Below, one piece after another: positions 1-8,848 of a stretch of 64,000 nt of DNA. Source of the DNA: Parcubacteria group bacterium (GTDB lineage Bacteria; Patescibacteriota; Minisyncoccia; Phycocordibacterales; 21-14-all-47-15); NCBI GenBank assembly GCA_016181845.1, contig JACOYO010000005.1, positions 66,845 to 130,844 of the forward strand. The letters are read 5' to 3'. The translations under genes and the position numbers were made by a program. Positions within the stretch are counted from its first letter, which is position 1; each line of letters starts with the position of its first letter. The notes under the pieces were generated by a model, which saw nothing but the letters and a program-made list of their open reading frames with translations, did not search any database and was not told where the DNA came from.

Positions 1-207
1 AGATAAGACGACAATATCTTTTTGTGAAATAGCGTCCAAAAAAGGCAGTGCCGATTTCCACCAAGGACCGGTTTTTGCTTCGCCGATAGAGGTAATGACC
101 AGGTCTCTCCTCTGAAGCGCGGAGACTGCCGCATCTTCATTGAACGCGTCTATGGAACCTTTCCGCGGCTCTCCATCTTTTGTAATGGCTGTGTAGTTAA
201 ACAGCAT
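1..207 (-). CDS. pilC: Type II secretion system F family / PilC platform protein, N-terminus only (runs off window)
   Basis: Manual translation from ATG 207: MLFNYTAITKDGEPRKGSIDAFNEDAAVSALQRRDLVITSI..., a typical PilC N-terminus; directly downstream of pilT. Confidence 0.85.
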   Translation of the reverse strand, partial: MLFNYTAITKDGEPRKGSIDAFNEDAAVSALQRRDLVITSIGEAKTGPWWKSALPFLDAISQKDIVVLS

Positions 208-212
208 AACAA

Positions 213-1277
213 TTATATGATGCGCTCCAGCCCCTTCGGATTGAAAGAGTGCAGATATGCATTATCGGGGGTAATATCACCGTTTCTCACAAGCCCTGCA
301 AGCGTGCGATTCATATCAATCATGCCCTCCTCGCTTCCCGTTTCAATAACTATATTGATTTCGTGCGTTCTTCCTTCGCGGATGAGATTGGAAACCGCGG
401 TATTATTTATCAACAATTCATACGCCGGCACGAGTCCGCCAGCAATACGCGGAATAAGCCGTTGAGAGAAAATGCCGAGCAAACTTCCGGAAAGTTGTAC
501 TTTAATTTGGTTTTGTTGTGCCGGAGGAAATGAGTCAATAATCCGGTCTATCGTCTGGGCGGCGTTATTGGTGTGCAAGGTTGAAAAAATCAAATGTCCA
601 GTCTCTGCCGCCGTAACCGCCGTAGAGATGGTTTCCGGTTCGCGCATTTCGCCAATCATCGCGATATTCACGTCTTGACGAAACATAGACCGGAGCGCCG
701 TATGAAAATCACGCGTATCAATGCGCACTTCCCGCTGGTCAATAATGGACTTGTCTTCTGAAAAAAGATATTCTATCGGGTCTTCAATCGTGATAATATG
801 CTCCGCTCGCTCTTTGTTTATCATCTGCACCATGGCGGCAAGTGTTGTTGTCTTCCCTTGCCCCACCGGGCCAACCACCAGAAAAAATCCCTGCTTTTTC
901 CGCGCAAATGCCTCAAGAATCGGCGGCAAGTTGAGTTCCCGCAATGTCTGTATATTTTTGGGGATGAGGCGAAACGCAATGCCTACAGAACCTCTTTGGA
1001 AAAAGGCATTGCACCGGAATCGCCCGTGGTCTTCAAAAGTATATGAAAAATCAATTTCTCTGTTTTTCAAAAATTGTTCTTTTGCCTCCGGGCTGAGTAT
1101 CGCGGAAAGAAATCCGAAAGTGTCTTCTCCGGTGAGGGCTTTTTTAGATGAAAGCGGTATCAACTGACCGGACACGCGTATAGTCGGCGGTCTGCCGGAA
1201 GAGAGGTGCAAATCAGAAGCGCCTTCATTAAAAACCGTTAGAAATAAATCTTGAAGTTGTTTTGAGTATTCATTCAT
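213..1277 (-). CDS. pilT: Type IV pilus retraction ATPase PilT
   Basis: ASDLHL, Walker A GPVGQGKTT, TIEDPIE, GEMRE, AETGHLIFSTLHT; start moved to ATG 1277. Confidence 0.93.
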   Translation of the reverse strand: MNEYSKQLQDLFLTVFNEGASDLHLSSGRPPTIRVSGQLIPLSSKKALTGEDTFGFLSAILSPEAKEQFLKNREIDFSYTFEDHGRFRCNAFFQRGSVGIAFRLIPKNIQTLRELNLPPILEAFARKKQGFFLVVGPVGQGKTTTLAAMVQMINKERAEHIITIEDPIEYLFSEDKSIIDQREVRIDTRDFHTALRSMFRQDVNIAMIGEMREPETISTAVTAAETGHLIFSTLHTNNAAQTIDRIIDSFPPAQQNQIKVQLSGSLLGIFSQRLIPRIAGGLVPAYELLINNTAVSNLIREGRTHEINIVIETGSEEGMIDMNRTLAGLVRNGDITPDNAYLHSFNPKGLERII

Positions 1278-1325
1278 AAAATAATATATTGCATTACAAA
1301 ATAAATAAACGAATAGCCGCAATGC

Positions 1326-1727
1326 TTATGACGCGAGCGTTTCTTTTACTTTTTCCACCACTTCTGTCGGCGTCACGCTTGCTTTCACGATATATCCGTT
1401 TGCGCCAAGTTTTTTGCCGCGTTCTATGTCAGCTTCCTGTCCGATATTTGAAAGAATGATAATTTTTGCCGATGCCGCCAATTGTTTATCTTTGATATTT
1501 TTAAGCAATTCAAATCCGTCCATCCCTGGCATAACGATATCAAGCAATATGATATCTGGAACAAAACCTTCGGAGAGTTTATCAAGCGCCTCTACCCCGC
1601 TCCCAGCCGCGCGCACCTCAAAACCGACTTCGGTAAATTTAAGCGCGTACATATCAAGCAAAAAGGTGTCGTCGTCAACAATAAAAACTTTTGGCTTTGA
1701 ATCGTTTGTGTTAGTGTTAGTCGTCAT
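1326..1727 (-). CDS. Stand-alone response regulator receiver domain
   Basis: IVDDD...LLDIVMPGMDG...YIVKA receiver motifs; TATACT 8 nt before ATG 1727. Confidence 0.9.
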   Translation of the reverse strand: MTTNTNTNDSKPKVFIVDDDTFLLDMYALKFTEVGFEVRAAGSGVEALDKLSEGFVPDIILLDIVMPGMDGFELLKNIKDKQLAASAKIIILSNIGQEADIERGKKLGANGYIVKASVTPTEVVEKVKETLAS

Positions 1728-1801
1728 ATGTATATAGTATAACATGTAACCTGCAATCTGAAACATAATATGTTACATGTTTCATGTTGCGCGCTTCATC
1801 T

Positions 1802-3586
1802 CTACACTTTATTTACTTCCCCGAAAGGAATATCGCCGGCAAATGCCTTGAGCATGGCGTCTTCACGCATCGTAAGCATGCCCTGCTTCCTGATGGTGTC
1901 AAAAAGCGCCGATTCTGTCGGGCTTCCCAACACCACTTTTTCAATCTCTTTATTCATCATAAACATTTCAAAGACAGCCGCCCGCCCGCGCATACCGCTT
2001 GGGCATTCATCCGAAGGAACAGCTTCGTATACTTCTTTCATTTTCGGAATCATCTTTTTGGATTCTTCGGGCAGTCCTTCAAATTCTTTTTCAATCATTA
2101 GTTTGATGCTTCCCTCAACAGGAATGGCTTTCCGCGAAGCTGGACCGGGACATAATTTCCGCACGAGCCGCTGGGCAATGGCGAGCACGAGCGTCGGCGC
2201 TATCATATATGGGTCAACTCCCATATCAATAAGACGCGGAATAACGCCCACGGCGTTATTGGTATGCAAAGTAGAAATCACGAGGTGTCCTGTCAGAGCC
2301 GCCTGGACGGCAAGCTGTGCCGTTTCTTTATCGCGAATTTCTCCAACCATGATGACATCGGGGTCCTGCCGCAGTGTGGTGCGCAAGCCATTTGCAAAGT
2401 CATATCCGATTTCAGGCATCATTTGCGATTGATTCATTCCGGAAATGTTGTATTCAACAGGGTCCTCAAGCGAGAGGACATTGTCTGTTTCCATATCAAG
2501 CTCGTTCATCATTGAGTACATAGTCGTCGTCTTTCCGGAACCAGTGGGACCAGTCAAAAGTATCATTCCGTATGGCCTGTCTATCGCCTCTTTAATGAGC
2601 GAGAGATTGTGCGCAGACAAGCCGAGCTTATCAAGCGAAATAAATCCTTTTTGTGGGTCAAGAATACGCATCACCACTTTTTCGCCGTAATAGGTTGGAA
2701 ATGTTGATACGCGAAAATCAATCAGACGATTTTCAATGCGGGCGGAAAAACGGCCATCTTGCGGTTTTCGTTTTTCATCAAGCCGCATGTTGGAAAGAAT
2801 TTTTACCCGCGCGACAACGGCGCTGTGGACGTTTGAGGGAAGAAATAGACTGGTATAGAGAATGCCATCAACGCGAAACCGGACACGGACACGATTTTCA
2901 ATAGGCTCAATATGCACATCGGAAGCATTTCCTTCCACCGCATTTCTTAAAATCACGGCGACTATTTTTGTCACTGGCGCATCTTCTATGATTTTTGCCT
3001 CAAAACCGTTTCCCGAAGAAGATTTTGTCCCGATTGTTTTTAGTTTTTCCTCAACCTCCGGCACTTCAACCACAGTGGCGCCTGAAGGCGCGCGCGCTCC
3101 ATCTTTTTCTTTCGCCGTTTCATCGCCCGTCTCAAGCTCCGTCAGGGCTTTATGCACCTCGCCCCCCAAACCTTTGTAGTTTCCGGCAATAGTCTGAAAC
3201 ATCGCGCTTGAAATCAAGAAAATCTTAAACGGCATGCCCGACCGCGATGAAATAAATTGCAAGGCGTCTCGCGCTTCCATGTCATCGGGGTTGACCATTC
3301 CGACTTCAAGCGCTCCGTCTTTCACTTCAAGAGGAACAAATAGATAATGCAAAGCCGATTCTTCGGGGATATATTTCAACACTTCAAAAGGCACACTGCC
3401 TGATTCAAGTTCTTTCACGGGGATGCTCAAATACGCCCCCTTCAAGGTCGTCATTTCGCTATCGTCAATGCCGCGTTTGAGGAGAATTTCTTCAAGCGAT
3501 ACGCCGGTCGCTTCTTCTTTGCTTATCGCAGAGCTTTCGGCTTGGGTTATTATTCCTTTTTGTATTAGATAGTCTAAAAAAGCCAT
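1802..3586 (-). CDS. pilB: Type IV pilus assembly ATPase PilB (GspE/PulE family)
   Basis: ASDVHIEP, PQDGRF, GPTGSGKTT, LRQDPDVIMVGEIRD, TGHLVISTLH. Confidence 0.93.
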   Translation of the reverse strand: MAFLDYLIQKGIITQAESSAISKEEATGVSLEEILLKRGIDDSEMTTLKGAYLSIPVKELESGSVPFEVLKYIPEESALHYLFVPLEVKDGALEVGMVNPDDMEARDALQFISSRSGMPFKIFLISSAMFQTIAGNYKGLGGEVHKALTELETGDETAKEKDGARAPSGATVVEVPEVEEKLKTIGTKSSSGNGFEAKIIEDAPVTKIVAVILRNAVEGNASDVHIEPIENRVRVRFRVDGILYTSLFLPSNVHSAVVARVKILSNMRLDEKRKPQDGRFSARIENRLIDFRVSTFPTYYGEKVVMRILDPQKGFISLDKLGLSAHNLSLIKEAIDRPYGMILLTGPTGSGKTTTMYSMMNELDMETDNVLSLEDPVEYNISGMNQSQMMPEIGYDFANGLRTTLRQDPDVIMVGEIRDKETAQLAVQAALTGHLVISTLHTNNAVGVIPRLIDMGVDPYMIAPTLVLAIAQRLVRKLCPGPASRKAIPVEGSIKLMIEKEFEGLPEESKKMIPKMKEVYEAVPSDECPSGMRGRAAVFEMFMMNKEIEKVVLGSPTESALFDTIRKQGMLTMREDAMLKAFAGDIPFGEVNKV

Positions 3587-3632
3587 AGATTAGGTTTAGG
3601 TTAAGACGTCTTAACTCGGCAAATTAAAAAGC

Positions 3633-3974
3633 CTAAAAAACGGTCTTTGAAACATTGGCTGTCTCTATCGGCGCAAACGGATTGTCTCGTCCGCGAGGAC
3701 GTTCTGGAATACTTTGCCCGAAATCCGCAAGGTTTTGAAATGCTCTGTTGCTGAAAATCGCCGTGTCCAATTTGAGCGATTTTAGGTTAAGGAGAAGCGT
3801 GAGAATTTCGCGGCCGCTTTGCGCCTGCGGAGACTCGCCGTTGGGAGTTTCGCTTACCAACACCTGATTTGGGCTGACCGAAGCGTTCGGTTTCAAAAAG
3901 GTATTGTATCCGACCGCAAGCAAAAGCACGATTCCGACAATGACGATACTGTTTTTAATCCAAGAATGCTTCAT
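3633..3974 (-). CDS. Small membrane-anchored pilus-operon protein (PilP position)
   Basis: N-terminal TM helix, C-terminal GRDNPFAP; lies between pilO and pilB. Confidence 0.7.
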   Translation of the reverse strand: MKHSWIKNSIVIVGIVLLLAVGYNTFLKPNASVSPNQVLVSETPNGESPQAQSGREILTLLLNLKSLKLDTAIFSNRAFQNLADFGQSIPERPRGRDNPFAPIETANVSKTVF

Positions 3975-3993
3975 AAATGTAGTGTTTATAGAA

Positions 3994-4533
3994 TTATTTT
4001 TTTAGCCAATAGGTTTGCAAAAGAACCGTATAATCGTAAAAGTCTTTACTTGCCGATGCAAACGACAATCCGACCACGTCAACAATACGGAGACTCTTCT
4101 CCATGTCTTCAAGGAACGCCAAAAAGGTGCCGTATGGTCCGGACACTGAAAATTCAAGCTGGACCGTGCCGTACTTTTTTCTGTTTGGTCCGAGCAAACC
4201 GCTTTTCGCTTCGTCCACAATGGTAATTTTTGTATTTTTGAGCGACATATTATATCGCGCCGCAATGTTGTTTATATCCATAATGAGCCGCACGTTGTCC
4301 ACATTGTCGGGCAACATTTTTTCAAGACGTTCAAGATCGGTCGCGGCAAAAGAATTGTATTTTGAAAGAAGCTCATCGCGAACCGCCTGCAATTCTTTTG
4401 ATTTCTCAAGCGCGCTGTTGAATGAAGCCACCTGCTGTCCAAGCGTCCCTATTTCTTTGTATAGCGGGTCAATGAGCCAAAAAAAGACCCCGATTGCGGC
4501 AATTATAAGAATGATTGGAATAAAATATCGCAT
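3994..4533 (-). CDS. pilO: Type IV pilus assembly protein PilO
   Basis: N-terminal TM, coiled coil, LEKMLP, GPYGTFLAFLEDMEKSLRIVDV. Confidence 0.85.
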   Translation of the reverse strand: MRYFIPIILIIAAIGVFFWLIDPLYKEIGTLGQQVASFNSALEKSKELQAVRDELLSKYNSFAATDLERLEKMLPDNVDNVRLIMDINNIAARYNMSLKNTKITIVDEAKSGLLGPNRKKYGTVQLEFSVSGPYGTFLAFLEDMEKSLRIVDVVGLSFASASKDFYDYTVLLQTYWLKK

Positions 4534-4550
4534 GGTGGTGGTATAAATGA

Positions 4551-5138
4551 TTATTGTTGGACAATTGTTTGAGCGTACGAAAGAAGCCCGGAATTTATCT
4601 TTGCGTTCAAATCAAAAGAAATGCGCCCGTCTTGGTTTAATGTCAGATTTGAAAAAATATGGTCTGTGATATATTTGTTTTGAGAAAAAATGTCCGACTG
4701 AAGCGCGATTGACGCGTAATCATCCGCTTCGCCGCGCAAGTTTATGCTATACGCGCCGCCACTCTCCGCTCGCATGGCAAAATTTTTATACCGCAATGTC
4801 TGCACCGTGCTTTCTTCCAAAAGAGCAAACACAGGAGACAATGCAACGTGTTGTTTCAAAAGTGTATCGCCGGTGGAAAGCCGCGCGTCCACTGTCTGCA
4901 GTTCTGTGATAAGACTGGTTTCAAACGCTCCGCGCGCGCGGTCAAGCGAGACGGCAAAGTCGTTTATGTCTTTATTGAGCACCGAGCGATACACAAAAAG
5001 ACCTCCGTACAGAACGATTGCCACAAGCGCGAGAAAAGTGGCAAACACAGTCGCTCCGCCGACACCGCGCTCTGGCGCGGCTGTCTTTACAATTGCTTGT
5101 TTTGGAATAAAAGATGTTTTTTGTGATTCAAACGCCAT
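4551..5138 (-). CDS. pilN: PilN-like pilus assembly protein
   Basis: Single TM plus coiled coil; position between pilM and pilO. Confidence 0.7.
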   Translation of the reverse strand: MAFESQKTSFIPKQAIVKTAAPERGVGGATVFATFLALVAIVLYGGLFVYRSVLNKDINDFAVSLDRARGAFETSLITELQTVDARLSTGDTLLKQHVALSPVFALLEESTVQTLRYKNFAMRAESGGAYSINLRGEADDYASIALQSDIFSQNKYITDHIFSNLTLNQDGRISFDLNAKINSGLLSYAQTIVQQ

Positions 5139-5154
5139 AATGAATAGATATTAT

Positions 5155-6387
5155 TTACTCACCGGCTTCCTGTATTTTTCTCAAGGCAAGCCCAACTGAA
5201 ACCGCAAACTCCGGGCCTGCGTCTTTCAACATCGGGGAAAGAAACGCCGGCGCCTCAACCTTTCCAAACGGGTCTCCAAGTATGATTTCGGCATCTATGT
5301 ATTTTTTTGCCGCCGAAACGAGACCTTTCAAAAGCGCCCCGCCGCCGGTCAAGATGACCGAATCAATGGAAACGTGATGTTTTTGCTGATATTGCATAAG
5401 CATAGTATTCGTTTCAGAAAAGATACTCTCAATCGTCAGATTGGCGATATGCCCGATGGCGGCGCTGTCTTTATTTCCGAAAGAGGCGCTCACAGAAACC
5501 GCTGTTTCAGTCGTTTTTGGCGCCGCTTCTTCAAAAACTCCGGACGTTCTTTTCATATCTTCCGCCGTACTAAAGCTGATTGATCGCGCCTTTGACAAAG
5601 CAACGGTAATGTCTTGCGAGCCACGGCTGATGGTGTGCGTAAAACGCGTCACTCCAAATGCCACTACCGCGAGTTTTGTCATTGTCGCCCCGATATCCAC
5701 AAGAAGAACCGTCTGCATGGAGCGCCCTGAGACTGCCCGCATGGAAGAAAATACCTCGAGCTCAAAGAACACTTTTTCAAACTGCATGATTTCCGCCACA
5801 CGGTGGTATTTTTCTATCGCCTCGCTATGAATCGCGACAACCATAACTTCGGTCGTGCCGTGCGCCGGCGGTTTATGAAAAAGAGCTGTGTCTTTTGGCG
5901 GGTCTAGGGCGACTTCAGTATCTGCGTCTTGTTCGGCATAAATTTCGCGTTTCGGTATGACCCACCAGTCAAGCGTTACTTCACTCATCGGCACCGGTAT
6001 ATATTTGCGCGCTTCAAGCGGAACAATTTCGTTTAACTTTGCCCCATCAGTAGCTGGAATTTCAATCAGGGACAGCAGGCTTGATTTTAATGATATGGAA
6101 AGAGCGGCGTTTTTGGTAGTTACTCCGGCTTCACGAAACAGGTCCGCAAGCGCTTCTGCAATTTTTTCCGGAGGAAGATTGGTTGCCTGACCGATCTCTC
6201 CGCCCGCGTAAGGACCGAGCGCGATTTCTCCATATGTTTCCAGAATGGCCTTACCTGCTTTATTTTTGAGCTGGACAACCTTTATAAACGCAGACCCGAT
6301 GTCAATACCTACCGCGCTGGTTCCTTTTTCTCCGTCACCAAACAAATGGAATTTTTCAAATAGAGTTGTAATAAAATTTGCAGCCAT
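5155..6387 (-). CDS. pilM: Type IV pilus assembly protein PilM
   Basis: Actin-fold motifs VGIDIGS, LVDIGAT, ILTGGGA, C-terminal AVSVGLALR. Confidence 0.92.
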   Translation of the reverse strand: MAANFITTLFEKFHLFGDGEKGTSAVGIDIGSAFIKVVQLKNKAGKAILETYGEIALGPYAGGEIGQATNLPPEKIAEALADLFREAGVTTKNAALSISLKSSLLSLIEIPATDGAKLNEIVPLEARKYIPVPMSEVTLDWWVIPKREIYAEQDADTEVALDPPKDTALFHKPPAHGTTEVMVVAIHSEAIEKYHRVAEIMQFEKVFFELEVFSSMRAVSGRSMQTVLLVDIGATMTKLAVVAFGVTRFTHTISRGSQDITVALSKARSISFSTAEDMKRTSGVFEEAAPKTTETAVSVSASFGNKDSAAIGHIANLTIESIFSETNTMLMQYQQKHHVSIDSVILTGGGALLKGLVSAAKKYIDAEIILGDPFGKVEAPAFLSPMLKDAGPEFAVSVGLALRKIQEAGE

Positions 6388-6559
6388 ACATCAATGAAGT
6401 AAGTAGAAAGCAGCGGGCAGATAGTAGCAATAATTTTCTACACTCTACGCCCCATACCGCGTATATTATACCATTTATATACCGACAACACTATGCACAT
6501 ACCCGACTTATCCACAGCAACCGGAGCATGTGGACGCAAGGTACGATATTCTTTCTACT

Positions 6560-7219
6560 ATGAGTTTATGGGGCGCTTTTCTTTCCGTTCTTTTTCCACT
6601 GCGCTGTACTGCTTGCGGTTTAAGCGGCACGCCGCTTTGTCGCGGCTGTTTAGACCAAGTGCCAAAGATGCCAGAAACAAACAATCCTCTTATCACGGCG
6701 CTTTATAGTTATCGGCATCCGTCAATCAAAAAGACTCTTTGGGCGCTGAAATATAGAAATAACACGACGACGGCAGAGATTTTCGGAAATGCTTTATACG
6801 AGCATCTTTTAGAACGCGCCCATGAATTCACCGCGTTTTCAAGCGCGTCGCAAAACGACAAACCGACAGTCATCCCCATTCCTCTTCATAAGCGGCGATT
6901 GCGGACGCGCGGTTTTAATCAATCCGAAAAAATTGTTGCCGCGCTCAAATTGCTTGATACAAATGAATCATTTTTGTATGCCGATGATATTTTGGTTAAA
7001 ATAAAAGAAACAGCTCCGCAGGCATCGCTCAAGAATAAGCAAGAACGCTCACAAAATATCCGTGGATGTTTTACCGTACGCAATGCTGAAAAAATAAAAA
7101 ACAAAGTAGTCATTGTGGTAGACGACATCACCACCACGGGAGCGACGCTCAATGAGGCGCTCGGGGCATTAAAAAACGCCGGCGCAAGCGCGGTGTATGG
7201 CATCGCCATTGCTCATTGA
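6560..7219 (+). CDS. comF: ComF family competence protein (Zn ribbon + phosphoribosyltransferase)
   Basis: CxxC...CxxC, PIPLH...RGFNQ, VVDDITTTGAT. Confidence 0.92.
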   Translation: MSLWGAFLSVLFPLRCTACGLSGTPLCRGCLDQVPKMPETNNPLITALYSYRHPSIKKTLWALKYRNNTTTAEIFGNALYEHLLERAHEFTAFSSASQNDKPTVIPIPLHKRRLRTRGFNQSEKIVAALKLLDTNESFLYADDILVKIKETAPQASLKNKQERSQNIRGCFTVRNAEKIKNKVVIVVDDITTTGATLNEALGALKNAGASAVYGIAIAH

Positions 7220-7243
7220 CAAACATATTTTATTTGTTACAAT
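7216..7243 (+). promoter_or_regulatory. Sigma70-type promoter of a small ORF
   Basis: TTGACA (7216-7221), 16 nt, TG-n-TACAAT (7238-7243). Confidence 0.6.
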
Positions 7244-7295
7244 AGAAAAAAGTTCGTAAACCAATTTTTTCCTCAAACAAAAATGGGGGTGCTGG

Positions 7296-7385
7296 ATGTT
7301 TGAAATCATCGCCACAAAAAGTTTTTGGAAGCGAGTGTTTGTTTTGCTGGTAGCCACGGGTGCGATGTATTATCTGGCTCACTGA
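7296..7385 (+). CDS. 29-aa hydrophobic peptide MFEIIATKSFWKRVFVLLVATGAMYYLAH (below ORF-track cutoff)
   Basis: Own promoter, GGGGGTG SD-like motif, TGA stop, then hairpin plus T-tract. Confidence 0.55.
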   Translation: MFEIIATKSFWKRVFVLLVATGAMYYLAH

Positions 7386-7396
7386 CAATCGTCTTG

Positions 7397-7430
7397 CCGG
7401 CAAGCGACATTCTGCTTGCCGGTTTTTATT
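7397..7430 (+). terminator. Intrinsic terminator
   Basis: CCGGCAAGC...GCTTGCCGG followed by TTTTTATT. Confidence 0.65.
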
Positions 7431-7504
7431 GCCCGAATGATTCATCTATCTGATTATGTGTTATACTTACTGAAAGCAGTTAAAAAATAATTAGCGTATA
7501 TATT

Positions 7505-7762
7505 ATGGGAGAAAATATGAAACTATATCATTTGCCGGGATGCCCCTATTGCGCGAATGCAATCGCAAAAATAGACGACCTCGGTATTCGTAATCAAATT
7601 GATTTTGTGGAAGTCCCGCGTCCGCACGGAGAACGCGCCGAGCTCGCTGAAATCACCGGTGGCGTCGTGGGTGTCCCGACACTCGTTGACGGAGGCGTCA
7701 TCATCGCCGACGATGACGACAAAATCATCGCGTATTTGGATGAAAAATTCGGGACAAAATAA
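7505..7762 (+). CDS. Glutaredoxin / GST-N-like thioredoxin-fold protein
   Basis: CPYC active site, GVPTLVDG. Confidence 0.88.
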   Translation: MGENMKLYHLPGCPYCANAIAKIDDLGIRNQIDFVEVPRPHGERAELAEITGGVVGVPTLVDGGVIIADDDDKIIAYLDEKFGTK

Positions 7763-7888
7763 AACTCACAAATCAATTAAAGAAAAACCGCCGATATAAC
7801 ATCAGCGGTTTTTTTGTCTTACAAAGTTGTCTTACAAAGGGTAGCCCTTTGTTAGGTAAACTGGTGCCTTCAAACTGGTGGTTGAAAA

Positions 7889-7963
7889 TTCGGCTTTCGC
7901 ATAGCCGAAAATCTAGGCGAAAATAGAAAAGAATTGTCTCATTCGGCTTTCGCATAGCCGAAT
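7889..7963. repeat. Two copies of palindrome TTCGGCT-TTCGCAT-AGCCGAA
   Basis: Copies at 7889-7909 and 7942-7962; third copy at 29506-29525. Confidence 0.9.
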
Positions 7964-8757
7964 AACAAACATTTTTTGCATGGGCCACACCGGAGCGCCT
8001 CGCTCTGTCCGAAAAAATCGGGCGGACATACCATGTGTTTTTGTTTAAGCGAAAGCGATTTCCACCACGGCGCATCGGTTGGTTGTTCCAAATCTCTTCC
8101 GCGCAATTCATGCGACGGGAAAATCACCGACCCTTTTGGTAAATCGGGAATCACGTCCCCTTCCGTAGCCATAAAACAAATGCGAAAACCGAATTGATTG
8201 TGGCACGTCATCGCTTCGTTGAAATTATCTCTGTCTGCAGAAAGATTCACGGCAATGTTCCGCAAACCATGAAGCGTTTCTGAAAAATGAAACGACCGCG
8301 TGTAAATCCAATGACGCACGTCGGGAGTTCTAATCACCACGGCGCGTATAAACCATGCGTACTCCATGGAAAAAATGTCGCCAGACACATGCCAGCGGAA
8401 ACCTCCTCTTTTGCAACGCGAAGCAATCCACTCGACGAAAGCAAGTATGGTTATGGCTGTTTCGTACCCGCAAGAGAGCACCTGATGAATTGCCGCGCTA
8501 TTGCGACGATACATCCTATACATTTCAGGTTCTGCATCCTCTAAGCGATTGACATAGCACACACTCTCGCATATCGGCGTCTTATGCGGACAATCCGTTT
8601 TGTGCAATAAAGAAAACGCATTTGCTGACGGTCGTTCAAAAGAGCCGTTTTCGGCTGTGATTTTGCCATTACCGTCAAACCAAAACACGCGTTCTCTGCC
8701 GCCGTACTGATAAGCCACCTCAAGCGAGCTTAAGACAAACTTCGTTTGATTAGCCAT
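7939..8757 (-). CDS. GP88-like (phage gene product 88) Cys-rich protein
   Basis: FSL...DCP...C...CY, FRWHVSGD, WIYTRS, NLSAD, C-terminal CP...CxxCxxC; SD GGAGG. Confidence 0.7.
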   Translation of the reverse strand: MANQTKFVLSSLEVAYQYGGRERVFWFDGNGKITAENGSFERPSANAFSLLHKTDCPHKTPICESVCYVNRLEDAEPEMYRMYRRNSAAIHQVLSCGYETAITILAFVEWIASRCKRGGFRWHVSGDIFSMEYAWFIRAVVIRTPDVRHWIYTRSFHFSETLHGLRNIAVNLSADRDNFNEAMTCHNQFGFRICFMATEGDVIPDLPKGSVIFPSHELRGRDLEQPTDAPWWKSLSLKQKHMVCPPDFFGQSEALRCGPCKKCLLFGYAKAE

Positions 8758-8848
8758 GCGTGCCTCCGCTAAAAAGAATTAGTGGTTTGATTATAAATGA
8801 ACTTATATATACGCCAGTGTATCTTTTCCGTACAAAAATACAAACGGA

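Noticed and set aside
1-7219. Pilus operon with embedded response regulator and comF as a novel system
   Set aside because: Arrangement is ordinary for Parcubacteria
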